Shown piece by piece: positions 10,590-19,839 of a stretch of 19,839 nt of DNA. The notes below the pieces were generated by a model. The model was not told the origin of the DNA and searched no databases. It saw only the letters and a program-made list of their open reading frames with translations. A program made the position numbers and the translations under genes. This stretch comes from Nitrospinaceae bacterium (lineage in GTDB: Bacteria > Nitrospinota > Nitrospinia > Nitrospinales > VA-1), in contig JBHHVU010000057.1 in assembly GCA_046754465.1 (NCBI GenBank), positions 1-19,839 of the forward strand, written 5' to 3'. Every line of letters starts with the position of its first letter. Within the stretch, counting starts at the first letter, position 1.

Positions 10590-10737
10590 AAAATCCTGGC
10601 AAATCAACCCTCTCCTGTTGCAGTGGTAGGTAAAAAAGGCTTTGACCTGTTCTCGGGAGACCGACTGTAAAGGCAAATAGTTCCTACCGCAATTACCTTT
10701 CCAAGGTATTCAAAACTTTTTTCTTATCGAAGCCGAC

Positions 10738-11988
10738 TCATTTTAGCAATTTATTCACTGAAATGTTTCTTATGCCCAACTCTTTGAAAGCCTTTGATAG
10801 AATATCTGAAAGTAGTTGTAGTCCCCTCGGATGAACCCCGTCTGCCCAAAACTCATTTTTATATGAATATTCATCTGTGCCCTTTTCCTCCACAACTTTG
10901 ATCGATCCGGGGGATTGATCATATTGCTCATGGAAACCCCAGTTTGGATCGGATTCAGGATTGATCGTTTCAGGTAAATATTTGATAATGGCTTCACCAA
11001 GTTTCATATTGATGTGTGGGCAGAAGCGATAACGATGCAGGTTTGAGTTGAGCTCATGACGAATTTTCTTTTTATCGAAGCGCCATTGAATTTTCCTTCC
11101 AAGTAACCCAGTTTTTTCCCAACTACCATACTGAAACCATTTCGCCCAATCAGTCCAGTCCATATCGGCTTGTTTACAACCCCATGGATTAAGTCTATTT
11201 TCATCCTTGCCAAAGCAATACTCATCGGGTTGATACGCTGTTGAACGTTGTGCAGCACACCAAGCAAATCCGAAGACCTCATTCCAATCCTTCCTCTGGC
11301 CATCAATATAAATACTGCGATTACGAATTCCACTTAGGGCTTCAACCAAAGGCAACGCCTCTTTAAAGTCCCCTGAATTGTAGACTGCCAAATACCAATT
11401 TTTTTTATTTTTTTGGCAGCTTTGGAATCCATTTGAGGCTTTTGCTGCCTCCATGGCTTTGGGAAATGAGGCTGCAGTTGATTCTGAAAATTCAATTGCC
11501 AGCCCAGAATTGGGGATTGCTAAATTAACTTGAATTTCTTCTTTGGGTTCCTTAAAGCTAGTACCACATTTTGAACAAAACCGTGAACAGGAATCAGCGG
11601 AAGCCCCACACGAAGGACAAACTTGGCCCTGTTGTTTTAAAGTATCTAATACATCTCCCTTTATTTTATTTAGCTGATTTTGCATTATCCCAACAGCTTT
11701 ACAAAATTCGATCAAAAGAGATGCTTCAGCCTTATCCAAATCGTCATCGGCAAGGGCCACTCGCAGCATCAATTCCAAGTTTTTCACTTGATCGGCAAAG
11801 GAACCTATTGGTGTCAATTTATGGTTTCCCTGTTCAACCAACCGAATAGCTCCATTAAAATCACTTTTTTTAATTTTAAGTTCGGTGCGAATTTCCTCCA
11901 ATTGCTTTAGTTCATAAGGGGATAATTTTCCATCAGCGTGTGCAACAAGAATAATGTTTGCCAGAAAAGGTATTGGTTCTGATATCAT
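10738..11988 (-). CDS. TerB-like domain + zinc-ribbon protein with an uncharacterised C-terminal domain
   Basis: 416 aa; TerB-type acidic motifs VAHADGKLSPYE and VALADDDLDKAE; CPSCG...FCSKCG zinc ribbon; Trp/Cys-rich C-terminus; AGGAGG SD; visibly AT-rich compared with flanking genes. Confidence 0.8.
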   Translation of the reverse strand: MISEPIPFLANIILVAHADGKLSPYELKQLEEIRTELKIKKSDFNGAIRLVEQGNHKLTPIGSFADQVKNLELMLRVALADDDLDKAEASLLIEFCKAVGIMQNQLNKIKGDVLDTLKQQGQVCPSCGASADSCSRFCSKCGTSFKEPKEEIQVNLAIPNSGLAIEFSESTAASFPKAMEAAKASNGFQSCQKNKKNWYLAVYNSGDFKEALPLVEALSGIRNRSIYIDGQRKDWNEVFGFAWCAAQRSTAYQPDEYCFGKDENRLNPWGCKQADMDWTDWAKWFQYGSWEKTGLLGRKIQWRFDKKKIRHELNSNLHRYRFCPHINMKLGEAIIKYLPETINPESDPNWGFHEQYDQSPGSIKVVEEKGTDEYSYKNEFWADGVHPRGLQLLSDILSKAFKELGIRNISVNKLLK

Positions 11989-12125
11989 TCAAACCCTCCT
12001 TTCCTATGGGAATTAACCTTTTCAATCATTTTAGGAATTTTCCTTTAATATAGGTTCGGCAAAATTAATAGTCAATAAATTAACCTATGGGGAAATGGAA
12101 AAGGGAAGCGGTTCACTCATTAAGA

Positions 12126-12137
12126 GGAAATCCCCCT
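12126..12137. repeat. REP-like repeat copy B, left fragment (ends in the CT core at the IS110 left junction)
   Basis: GGAAATCCCCCT is identical to 10319-10330; its continuation CACCCCCTTT... resumes at 13346. Confidence 0.88.
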
Positions 12138-12151
12138 TGTATGTTGGCAAT

Positions 12152-13345
<1,194 letters not shown>

Positions 13346-13453
13346 CACCCCCTTTAAAAAGGGGGAATAATAGGCTCCCCCTTCCCTGAAGGGGGCCGGG
13401 GGGATTTTTGACAGGATCGACAGGATGTACAGGATAGCCCGATCATGCTATTT
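13346..13453. repeat. REP-like repeat copy B, right fragment
   Basis: CACCCCCTTTAAAAAGGGGGAATAATAGGCTCCCCCTTCCCTGAAGGGGGCCGGGGGGATTTTTGACAGGATCGACAGGATGTACAGGATAGCCCGATCATGCTATTT; two substitutions relative to copy A. Confidence 0.92.
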
Positions 13454-13602
13454 TAAAAACTTGGCCATTCGGGCATTGCAGTTGTAGCTATGAAAGAGCT
13501 TGAACGGTTCTTGGCGTCCTCAAATCAGGCAATCGAATCATGGATTTTTTTCCCCCGCCCACGGTGGTGGGAAGGCCAGCAAAATTTCAAAAACGGCCGG
13601 GA

Positions 13603-15243
13603 CTAAAGCTTCAAGAATTCACCAACTTTTTTTTCCACAAAAAACTTTTTGATCGGCCATCGGGTCCACCAGGGCAGGTTATCCCGCAGCAAGCCCATGA
13701 CGCGGTCAACGGCCAAATCCCGAAACCGTTCCCGAAGGTCCCGGTTCGCATCCTTGATTTCGACATTGGGAAAATTGTTCCAACTTTGAGGAATGATATA
13801 ATCTTCCAATTCCTTGCCACCGGAATCCGTTTCCCGATCATAATCCACCTGCAGGATTACCTTCAATATTTCGTGGGCCTTGATCCGGCCCCTGCGGTAA
13901 TCATGAATACGCCATTTTTCATCGAAAAATCCGGCGAACCCGAACATTTGATCGCCGGCGGTTTCGTTGGCGTGGGCTCCGATCAACCCCAACCGGGTTT
14001 GTGATTTATTCTGGACTCCCGCCGCATTGTTCAATATGAACACCATCCTCCAGAATATTTCCTGTTTGTCCGTGGAACCGCCCGCCCCCCCGCCCAGTTT
14101 CCCGTAGGGTTCAGAAAATCGGCGGACAATTTTTTCCCGGCTGTCATCCAGGTATGTGCCCGAGTACCGGTTGGGAAAGCGCCGCCGTTTGACATCGATA
14201 ATTTGTTCCGCCATGGAATCCAATCGCTCCACGATCTGGCCGGGGTGTTCCAGGGTGCAATCATTTATCAGCTCAAAAAGATTTTTAACCAAATCATCCC
14301 GCCATTGAATCTGGTTGTTCCAGCGGCTGGCGCGAATCCAGTCACGCGCATTACTTTCCCCATAAACCATCACCAACAACCGCAACAAATAATCCCGGAA
14401 AGGAAAGCTCGACGTCACATCCTCCTCATGGAAAGACCGGTTGATGTTGGGATCGATGAGAATGAAAAGGCGATCCTTATCCAAATAGCCGCCATCCTGG
14501 GCCGATGCCAGTTGCATGGCCTCCCGCAACGGCTCATTATTGAACAACCCGCCATCCAGAAAAGCCAGCTCCCTCGGAAAATAATCCGGCTGACCCGACT
14601 GCACCGACCCCGGATAATTCTCGCGGACTCTCAGGACTTCGTGCGGACGGAAGGCGACGGGAAAATTGCCGGAGGCCACGGCGGCCCGGGAAATGCTTTT
14701 CCATTCCGTATATCCCGGCAAATTTTTAGCATCCATGGCAAAACGGGCATAATCCGAAAAAAATGTGGAAACAAACCCCGGCGCCGACGGCGGTATATGG
14801 TAGGGAACGGCATAGTCTATCCCGTTCATGTTACTCAGGGTAAAACTGAGGCGCAGGTTTTCCGGAGCAAAGGAGGCCGGAGCGGTGGGACCGAAGGGTT
14901 CGCCGGTCAGGTAATCCTCGGCGATTTTATTGATAATATCCTTGGAGAACAGGGAGTTTTCGGGGGCTCCCCGCATCAGCCGGTCGACGTTGATATCCTC
15001 CACCCAGGCCCGGTACAAATGATGCGCGCGGCCCGGCAGATCGTACATCACGATGCGGGCCACCAGCGCCGCCGTCAACGACCCGGCGGAGGCCCCGGTG
15101 ATCACATCCAGTTCAAACCGCTCCGAATCGGATTCCTTATTCAGCGTGTCCAGGGCGTAAAGAAATTCCGTCAACACCCCCGATTCGTAACTTCCCAGCG
15201 AGACCCCGCCGGCGATGATTAAGGCGATCTTCCGTGTTTTCAT
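13603..15243 (-). CDS. Patatin-like phospholipase family protein
   Basis: AGGVSLG oxyanion loop, GASAG nucleophile elbow, ASGNFP, LDGG catalytic Asp; GAGGAGG SD before ATG 15243. Confidence 0.9.
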   Translation of the reverse strand: MKTRKIALIIAGGVSLGSYESGVLTEFLYALDTLNKESDSERFELDVITGASAGSLTAALVARIVMYDLPGRAHHLYRAWVEDINVDRLMRGAPENSLFSKDIINKIAEDYLTGEPFGPTAPASFAPENLRLSFTLSNMNGIDYAVPYHIPPSAPGFVSTFFSDYARFAMDAKNLPGYTEWKSISRAAVASGNFPVAFRPHEVLRVRENYPGSVQSGQPDYFPRELAFLDGGLFNNEPLREAMQLASAQDGGYLDKDRLFILIDPNINRSFHEEDVTSSFPFRDYLLRLLVMVYGESNARDWIRASRWNNQIQWRDDLVKNLFELINDCTLEHPGQIVERLDSMAEQIIDVKRRRFPNRYSGTYLDDSREKIVRRFSEPYGKLGGGAGGSTDKQEIFWRMVFILNNAAGVQNKSQTRLGLIGAHANETAGDQMFGFAGFFDEKWRIHDYRRGRIKAHEILKVILQVDYDRETDSGGKELEDYIIPQSWNNFPNVEIKDANRDLRERFRDLAVDRVMGLLRDNLPWWTRWPIKKFFVEKKVGEFLKL

Positions 15244-15520
15244 GACGGCACCTCCTCGAATCCACAAGTATTGTTCCAGCCGTGGACCAGCGGTTATTTG
15301 ACGGGAGCGTTATCCTTTCCGTTGCTGGGTTGAATGGCCGCACTCTGGAGCGTATCGATAACTTGAGCGTAATCGTTCAGGATGACAATAGGCTATACCT
15401 ATATTCAGGTATGGAAAAAGTGGGAAGGTGCTGGCGGGCAATATAAAACGGGAATTGCCGATTTACAAGAAATTTATGGTCAATTCAGGCTAACCTGCTG
15501 AATCTTAATCCAATCAAGGG

Positions 15521-16894
15521 TCAAGAAATTTTCCGGAGCAACTCCTCGGCGGGGTAAGTGAGTATCTCGGAAAGGGTGGGGTGGTAATGAGGCATCCGCG
15601 CCAGGTCAAACACGGTGCCGTGAAAGTGCATGACGGCGATGAGTTGGTGGATCAGCTCCCCCGCCTCGGGTCCCACGATGTGCCCGCCGATGATTTCGCC
15701 GGTTTGGGGATGACACATGAGTTTCACGTGCCCGTGGGTTTCCCCCAGGCAGATGGATTTTCCGTGATCGTTGAAGGGATAGGTCGCTTTTAAGTAAGGA
15801 AGATTCTCCCCGCGGCACTCTTTCTCGCTCAGGCCCACGCTGGCGACAGCGGGGTCGGTGAACACGACGCTGGCTTTCAAGCGTTCGTCCATCCGGTGCG
15901 CGGGTTCACCGGGATGGACCGCGTTGTGGGCGGCGATCTCCCCCTGCTGGATGGCGATGTGAACGATTTCGTGGCGACCGTTGACGTCTCCCACCGCGAA
16001 GATGTTCGGCTGGCTGGTGCGCATCGCGTCATCCACCGCGATCCGTCCCTTCTCCGTTTTCACCCCCGCCGCGTCGAGGCGGAGTCCGTCGATATTGGGC
16101 CGCCGGCCCAAGGCCTGCAGGATGGCCTCCGCGGTGACACTCTTTTCCTTTCCCTCATGCTCGAAACAAACGGTCCGCCGCCCCCCTTCCCGGAAGGCGC
16201 GGATCAGCCGGGTCCCCGTATAAACCTCCATCCCCTCTTCCCGGAACCGGGCCTCCACGGGACGCGCCAGGTCTTCGTCGCCCTTGGAGAGGATGTGCCG
16301 GCTGCGCTGGATGAGGTGGATTTTGACGCCGATGCGTGCAAAAAACTGGGCCAGTTCGGCCGCCACGGCCCCCGCGCCGAGGACGATCATCGACCGGGGC
16401 GCCTCGCGCATCTCCAGGACGTCGTCGCTGGTGACGCAACCCGCCTCCTCCAGGCCGTAACCGGGAAAATCCGCGATCCTGGAACCGGTGGCGATGATGA
16501 AGTTTTTCGCGGTCAAAACGCGGTCCCCCGCCTTTACTTCCCCGGCCGAAACGAAGGCCGCGGGGCCTTCGACCAGGGTGAAGCGGGGATGCCTCAACTG
16601 CTCAACGCGGTAACGGGTGAATTCTTCGATGATCCGGTTCTTGCGATCGATGATGGCGCCCAGGTTGGCTTCCGGCCGCACCGGCGTCAATCCGAATTCG
16701 GCGGCGCGGCGCATGAGGGCCATCACGTCGGAGGACCGCAGGATGGTTTTTGTGGGCATGCATCCGCGGAGAATGCAAAGGCCCCCCAAGGGGCCGTGAT
16801 CGATGATGGCGACCCGGGCATTCGCGGTTTGGGCGGCATCCGCCGCGGCGTACCCGGCGGACCCGCCCCCGATAACTACCACATCGTAGTCCAT
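15521..16894 (-). CDS. Dihydrolipoamide dehydrogenase-like pyridine nucleotide-disulfide oxidoreductase
   Basis: IGGGSAG, redox disulfide GGLCILRGCMPTK, FAVGDV, C-terminal HPTLSE; no MerA C-terminal Cys-Cys. Confidence 0.88.
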   Translation of the reverse strand: MDYDVVVIGGGSAGYAAADAAQTANARVAIIDHGPLGGLCILRGCMPTKTILRSSDVMALMRRAAEFGLTPVRPEANLGAIIDRKNRIIEEFTRYRVEQLRHPRFTLVEGPAAFVSAGEVKAGDRVLTAKNFIIATGSRIADFPGYGLEEAGCVTSDDVLEMREAPRSMIVLGAGAVAAELAQFFARIGVKIHLIQRSRHILSKGDEDLARPVEARFREEGMEVYTGTRLIRAFREGGRRTVCFEHEGKEKSVTAEAILQALGRRPNIDGLRLDAAGVKTEKGRIAVDDAMRTSQPNIFAVGDVNGRHEIVHIAIQQGEIAAHNAVHPGEPAHRMDERLKASVVFTDPAVASVGLSEKECRGENLPYLKATYPFNDHGKSICLGETHGHVKLMCHPQTGEIIGGHIVGPEAGELIHQLIAVMHFHGTVFDLARMPHYHPTLSEILTYPAEELLRKIS

Positions 16895-16927
16895 GAAAAC
16901 CTGTCCGCCGTCGGAAACGGATAAAGA

Positions 16928-17476
16928 TTAAAGGGTGCGGCACTCCTCCTCGGTGAGGTGGAATTCTTTACAGCATTCCTGGAGAAGGTCCATGGCGTTT
17001 TTTTCCATGAATTGGTCGCCGGTCTGGTGAAACAGTTCTCTCGCTTTCAAAAGGTGGTGGATCGTTTCGCGCCCTCTTTTGATCGAGTAATACACCATGG
17101 CCAGGTTGCTGTGAGCCCTGGCGAATTCGGGGTTGATGCGGATGGCCTCCTTGTAATGATGGAAAGCCTCATCGGTCTCCCCGATCAGGTTACTGACCAC
17201 GGCCAGGCTGTAATGCACCATCGGCGCTTCCGGTTTGAGCCGCACAGCCTCCCGGAAACATTTCGCCGCCTCGAGGTTCATGGGAATTTTGCCGTAACGG
17301 ATTCCCAGGTTGAATTGGGCCAGAAAATGATCCGGGTCGAGCTGAACCGCTTTTTTATACGCTTCCAGGGCTCCGGCATTATCCCCCTTCCGGCCCGCGG
17401 CCAATGCTTCCTGAAACCAATCCTCCGCGGTTTTGGTGGCATCTGTATTCTTGGTGGCATCTGTATTCAATGACAT
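16928..17476 (-). CDS. Tetratricopeptide repeat protein
   Basis: Successive TPR units (YKKAVQLDPDHFLAQFNLG, FREAVRLKPEAPMVHYSLA, YKEAIRINPEFARAHSNLA). Confidence 0.9.
   Translation of the reverse strand: MSLNTDATKNTDATKTAEDWFQEALAAGRKGDNAGALEAYKKAVQLDPDHFLAQFNLGIRYGKIPMNLEAAKCFREAVRLKPEAPMVHYSLAVVSNLIGETDEAFHHYKEAIRINPEFARAHSNLAMVYYSIKRGRETIHHLLKARELFHQTGDQFMEKNAMDLLQECCKEFHLTEEECRTL
17433..17468. repeat. Perfect 18-bp tandem duplication in the TPR gene 5' end
   Basis: TTGGTGGCATCTGTATTC x2, encoding NTDATK-NTDATK in frame. Confidence 0.9.
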
Positions 17477-17663
17477 AATTTTTCCCTATCTGTTCCGTGA
17501 AACATTTTTTTAGGTTGAGGGTCGAAATTGAAAATGGATAGCGATCTATGCTAACTTATTGCGGCATCAAAATGCAACCACCGCGCCCCAAGGATCTCGG
17601 AGATCTGTGTGTCACGCGCACCCGGTCCCGGTGGGGTTTCTTTATTGAGGGAAAAAGGCATCC

Positions 17664-17936
17664 ATGGAAGTAGAAAAAGGTTCGGAGGAGGAACGGCTGC
17701 TGCTGGGCCGATGGATTAAAATGGGACAGGGACTTATCGTCGCCGGGTCGGCCATGGGCGAATCGTACCTCGACCCCAATATCCAACGTCCGGAAGATGT
17801 TGAGAAAAAATCAAGGGATTATGTGCGGTTCGATCACGAACTTGCCGAAAAACTCCCCCACCTGAAGGGTCGATTCCGGTGGGACCTGGAAAAATATTAC
17901 CGCGAAACTTTCGGCCCTTATCTGCCTAAAGACTGA
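17664..17936 (+). CDS. Hypothetical protein (90 aa)
   Basis: ATG with upstream GAGGG, protein-like composition, 11 bp upstream of the Rieske-fold gene in the same orientation. Confidence 0.75.
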   Translation: MEVEKGSEEERLLLGRWIKMGQGLIVAGSAMGESYLDPNIQRPEDVEKKSRDYVRFDHELAEKLPHLKGRFRWDLEKYYRETFGPYLPKD

Positions 17937-17947
17937 AGCCAATCGCC

Positions 17948-18271
17948 ATGTCTCTCGTTAAAATCGCCGACCTTCCGGATGCACCCGAGGAAGGGAGGGG
18001 CAAGACCATTCATTTGGAACATCCCTTCACCTATCTCAAATACGACATCGGGTTGTTCCAGGTGGAAGGGAGATACTACGCCATTACCGATGAATGCAAG
18101 AAATGCGGCGGCAGCCTGGGCAGGGGCCGACTTATGGGACTGTTCGCCATCTGCCGAAATCAGGAATGCGCCTGGAATATCAAGAAGGGCTACTGCAAGT
18201 TCGACCGCACCACGGTGCTCCCCACTTACCGGGTCAACGTCCAGGAAGACGGATTGTACATCAACATCTAG
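17948..18271 (+). CDS. Rieske-fold (ferredoxin/NirD-like) protein with atypical ligands
   Basis: Scaffold IGLFQVEGRYYAITDEC..GGSLGRG..AIC..WNIKKG..VLPTYRVNVQEDGLYI matches Rieske ferredoxins, but the CxH and CxxH histidines are absent. Confidence 0.8.
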   Translation: MSLVKIADLPDAPEEGRGKTIHLEHPFTYLKYDIGLFQVEGRYYAITDECKKCGGSLGRGRLMGLFAICRNQECAWNIKKGYCKFDRTTVLPTYRVNVQEDGLYINI

Positions 18272-18309
18272 CCCGCATCTTGCGGAACAACGGAGTCGGC
18301 GCCAGGGAT

Positions 18310-19749
18310 TTACCGGCGCCAGGCGTGGAATTTTTCTATCCACTTGAGAAGACCCCGGGGAGCATGCGCTTTCTTCCACTCCCCGGCGGCGGATTTGTTC
18401 GCCTCCGCCATGGTGGGATAAATGTGGATGGTGGAAAGAATTTTATTCAGGCCAAGGCCGTGCTTGATCGCGGAGACGTATTCGGCAATCAGGTCCCCGG
18501 CGTGATACCCCAGGATCGTGACCCCCAGGATTTTATCCTTCCCCGGTTGGGTCAGCACTTTAACCATTCCCAAATCTTCACTGTCGGCGATCGCCCGGTC
18601 AAGTTCATCGATTCCGTACCGGGTGACTTCGTAAGAGATGCCTTTTTCCCGGGCTTCTTTTTCGTTCAATCCCACATGCGCCACTTCCGGGTCGGTGAAC
18701 GTGCACCAGGGAATGACGCGGTAGTCCACCTTGAATTTTTTGAACGGACTGAACAGGGCGTTGACGGCGCAATACCAGGCCTGATGACCGGCGGTGTGGG
18801 TGAACTGGTAAGGACCGGCGACATCGCCGCAGGCATAAATATTCTTATGGGTGGTGGTTCGCAGGTATTCGTCCACTTCGACGGTTCCCCGCGGGGTCAG
18901 TTTCACGCCGATCTCTTCCAATCCGAATCCCCTGGCATTGGCGGCCCTGCCGACGGCCATCAGAATCCGGTCGAATTCGATCCGTTCGGTTCCCTCCTTC
19001 TTTTCCACCACCATGAACTGTTTCCCGTCCTCGACGGCGACTTCCTTGCATTTGGTATTGACCTGGACGTCGATTCCCTCCCGCTCGAACCGTTCCCGGA
19101 TAGCCCGGCTGATTTCGTCATCCTCGCGGAAGAGGATGTCCGGCAACATCTCGACCTGGGTCACGCGGCTTCCCAGACGGGCGAAGCACTGGGCCAGTTC
19201 GCACCCGATGGGTCCGCCACCGGCAACCACCAGGTTGCCGGGCTTCTCGCGCAGTTCCCACAGGTTGTCCGTGGTCAAATAAGGGACCCGGTCCAGCTCC
19301 GGGATTTTGGGGACGGCGGGTCCGGCCCCGGTGGCGATGATGATGTTCTGGGTGGTCAGGGTTTTCCCATCCACCCTCACTTCATGGGGCGAGAGAATCT
19401 TGGCCTCGCCGGTGAAACAATCCACTCCCAGGCGGGTATAGCGTTCCACGCTGTCGTGGGGCTCCACCTTGCGAATCACCGCCTGCACCCGCTCCATGAT
19501 GTCGGCGAAATCGAACGAGGCCTCCGCCGACCGGATGCCGTAATCCTCGTGCCGCCGGATGTAGGACAGGATCTTTGCGCTGCGAATGAGAGCTTTACTG
19601 GGAACACAGCCCGTATTCAAGCAGTCGCCGCCCATCCGGTGCTTCTCGATCAACGCGACCTTGGCTTTCACCGCCGCGCCGATATAGGCGGAGACCAGTC
19701 CCGCGGAACCGGCCCCGATCACGACCAGGTTATAATCTTTTTTCGCCAT
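18310..19749 (-). CDS. FAD-dependent pyridine nucleotide-disulfide oxidoreductase (mercuric reductase-like, not MerA)
   Basis: IGAGSAG, GGDCLNTGCVPSK, GGGPIGCE, YACGDV, HIYPTMAE; ends FHAWRR without a Cys pair. Start ATG 19749 or GTG 19752. Confidence 0.9.
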   Translation of the reverse strand: MAKKDYNLVVIGAGSAGLVSAYIGAAVKAKVALIEKHRMGGDCLNTGCVPSKALIRSAKILSYIRRHEDYGIRSAEASFDFADIMERVQAVIRKVEPHDSVERYTRLGVDCFTGEAKILSPHEVRVDGKTLTTQNIIIATGAGPAVPKIPELDRVPYLTTDNLWELREKPGNLVVAGGGPIGCELAQCFARLGSRVTQVEMLPDILFREDDEISRAIRERFEREGIDVQVNTKCKEVAVEDGKQFMVVEKKEGTERIEFDRILMAVGRAANARGFGLEEIGVKLTPRGTVEVDEYLRTTTHKNIYACGDVAGPYQFTHTAGHQAWYCAVNALFSPFKKFKVDYRVIPWCTFTDPEVAHVGLNEKEAREKGISYEVTRYGIDELDRAIADSEDLGMVKVLTQPGKDKILGVTILGYHAGDLIAEYVSAIKHGLGLNKILSTIHIYPTMAEANKSAAGEWKKAHAPRGLLKWIEKFHAWRR

Positions 19750-19784
19750 CACCTCCCCTTATCGAATACGCGCCTTTTTTACCA

Positions 19785-19839
19785 TTAATTGATCTCCATC
19801 ACAAGGAAGGTCACGTCGTCGTGTTTAAAAGAACCCCTG
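19785..19839 (-). CDS. C-terminal tip of a probable PP2C/SpoIIE (RsbU-like) phosphatase; partial
   Basis: Minus-strand frame reads RGSFKHDDVTFLVMEIN*, matching the terminal DD(I/V)T-hydrophobic motif of SpoIIE domains; only 17 residues visible. Confidence 0.55.
   Translation of the reverse strand, partial: RGSFKHDDVTFLVMEIN

Noticed and set aside
10615..10710. Possible riboswitch or structured RNA (GGTAGG/CCTACC pairing, GGCAAA)
   Set aside because: Lacks the GAAA tetraloop and downstream motif of c-di-GMP-I riboswitches, lies between convergent gene ends, and the pairing is too short to support a call.
13603..15243. CBASS operon
   Set aside because: No CD-NTase or Cap ancillary gene adjacent to the patatin.
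15521..19749. merA mercury-resistance call for either flavoprotein
   Set aside because: No C-terminal Cys-Cys pair, no N-terminal HMA domain, no merR/T/P nearby.
18094..19788. 564-aa plus-strand ORF
   Set aside because: Antisense shadow of the FAD oxidoreductase; no recognisable motifs; common in GC-rich coding DNA.

Overview
GC-rich bacterial chromosomal window; gene content and style loosely suggest a Nitrospinota/deltaproteobacterial-type organism (not provable here). Left to right: a minus-strand signalling operon (small protein, HDOD protein, PAS histidine kinase running off the left edge) behind a candidate sigma-54 promoter; HAD hydrolase-lepB-lepA and a MobA-like nucleotidyltransferase (minus); gcvT-gcvH-gcvPA (plus) with no gcvPB after it. 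Then an accessory hotspot (about 10.3-13.5 kb): two near-identical 120-bp palindromic REP-like direct repeats bracket an AT-rich TerB/zinc-ribbon gene. Copy A is interrupted by a 148-bp MITE inserted in a hairpin loop. Copy B is interrupted at a CT core by a complete IS621-like IS110 element whose left non-coding end reads as a bridge RNA, with target and donor guides matching the repeat and the element's own circle junction. Next come a patatin-like phospholipase, two pyridine nucleotide-disulfide oxidoreductases, a TPR protein, a hypothetical protein, a His-less Rieske-fold protein and the C-terminal tip of a probable PP2C/SpoIIE phosphatase.
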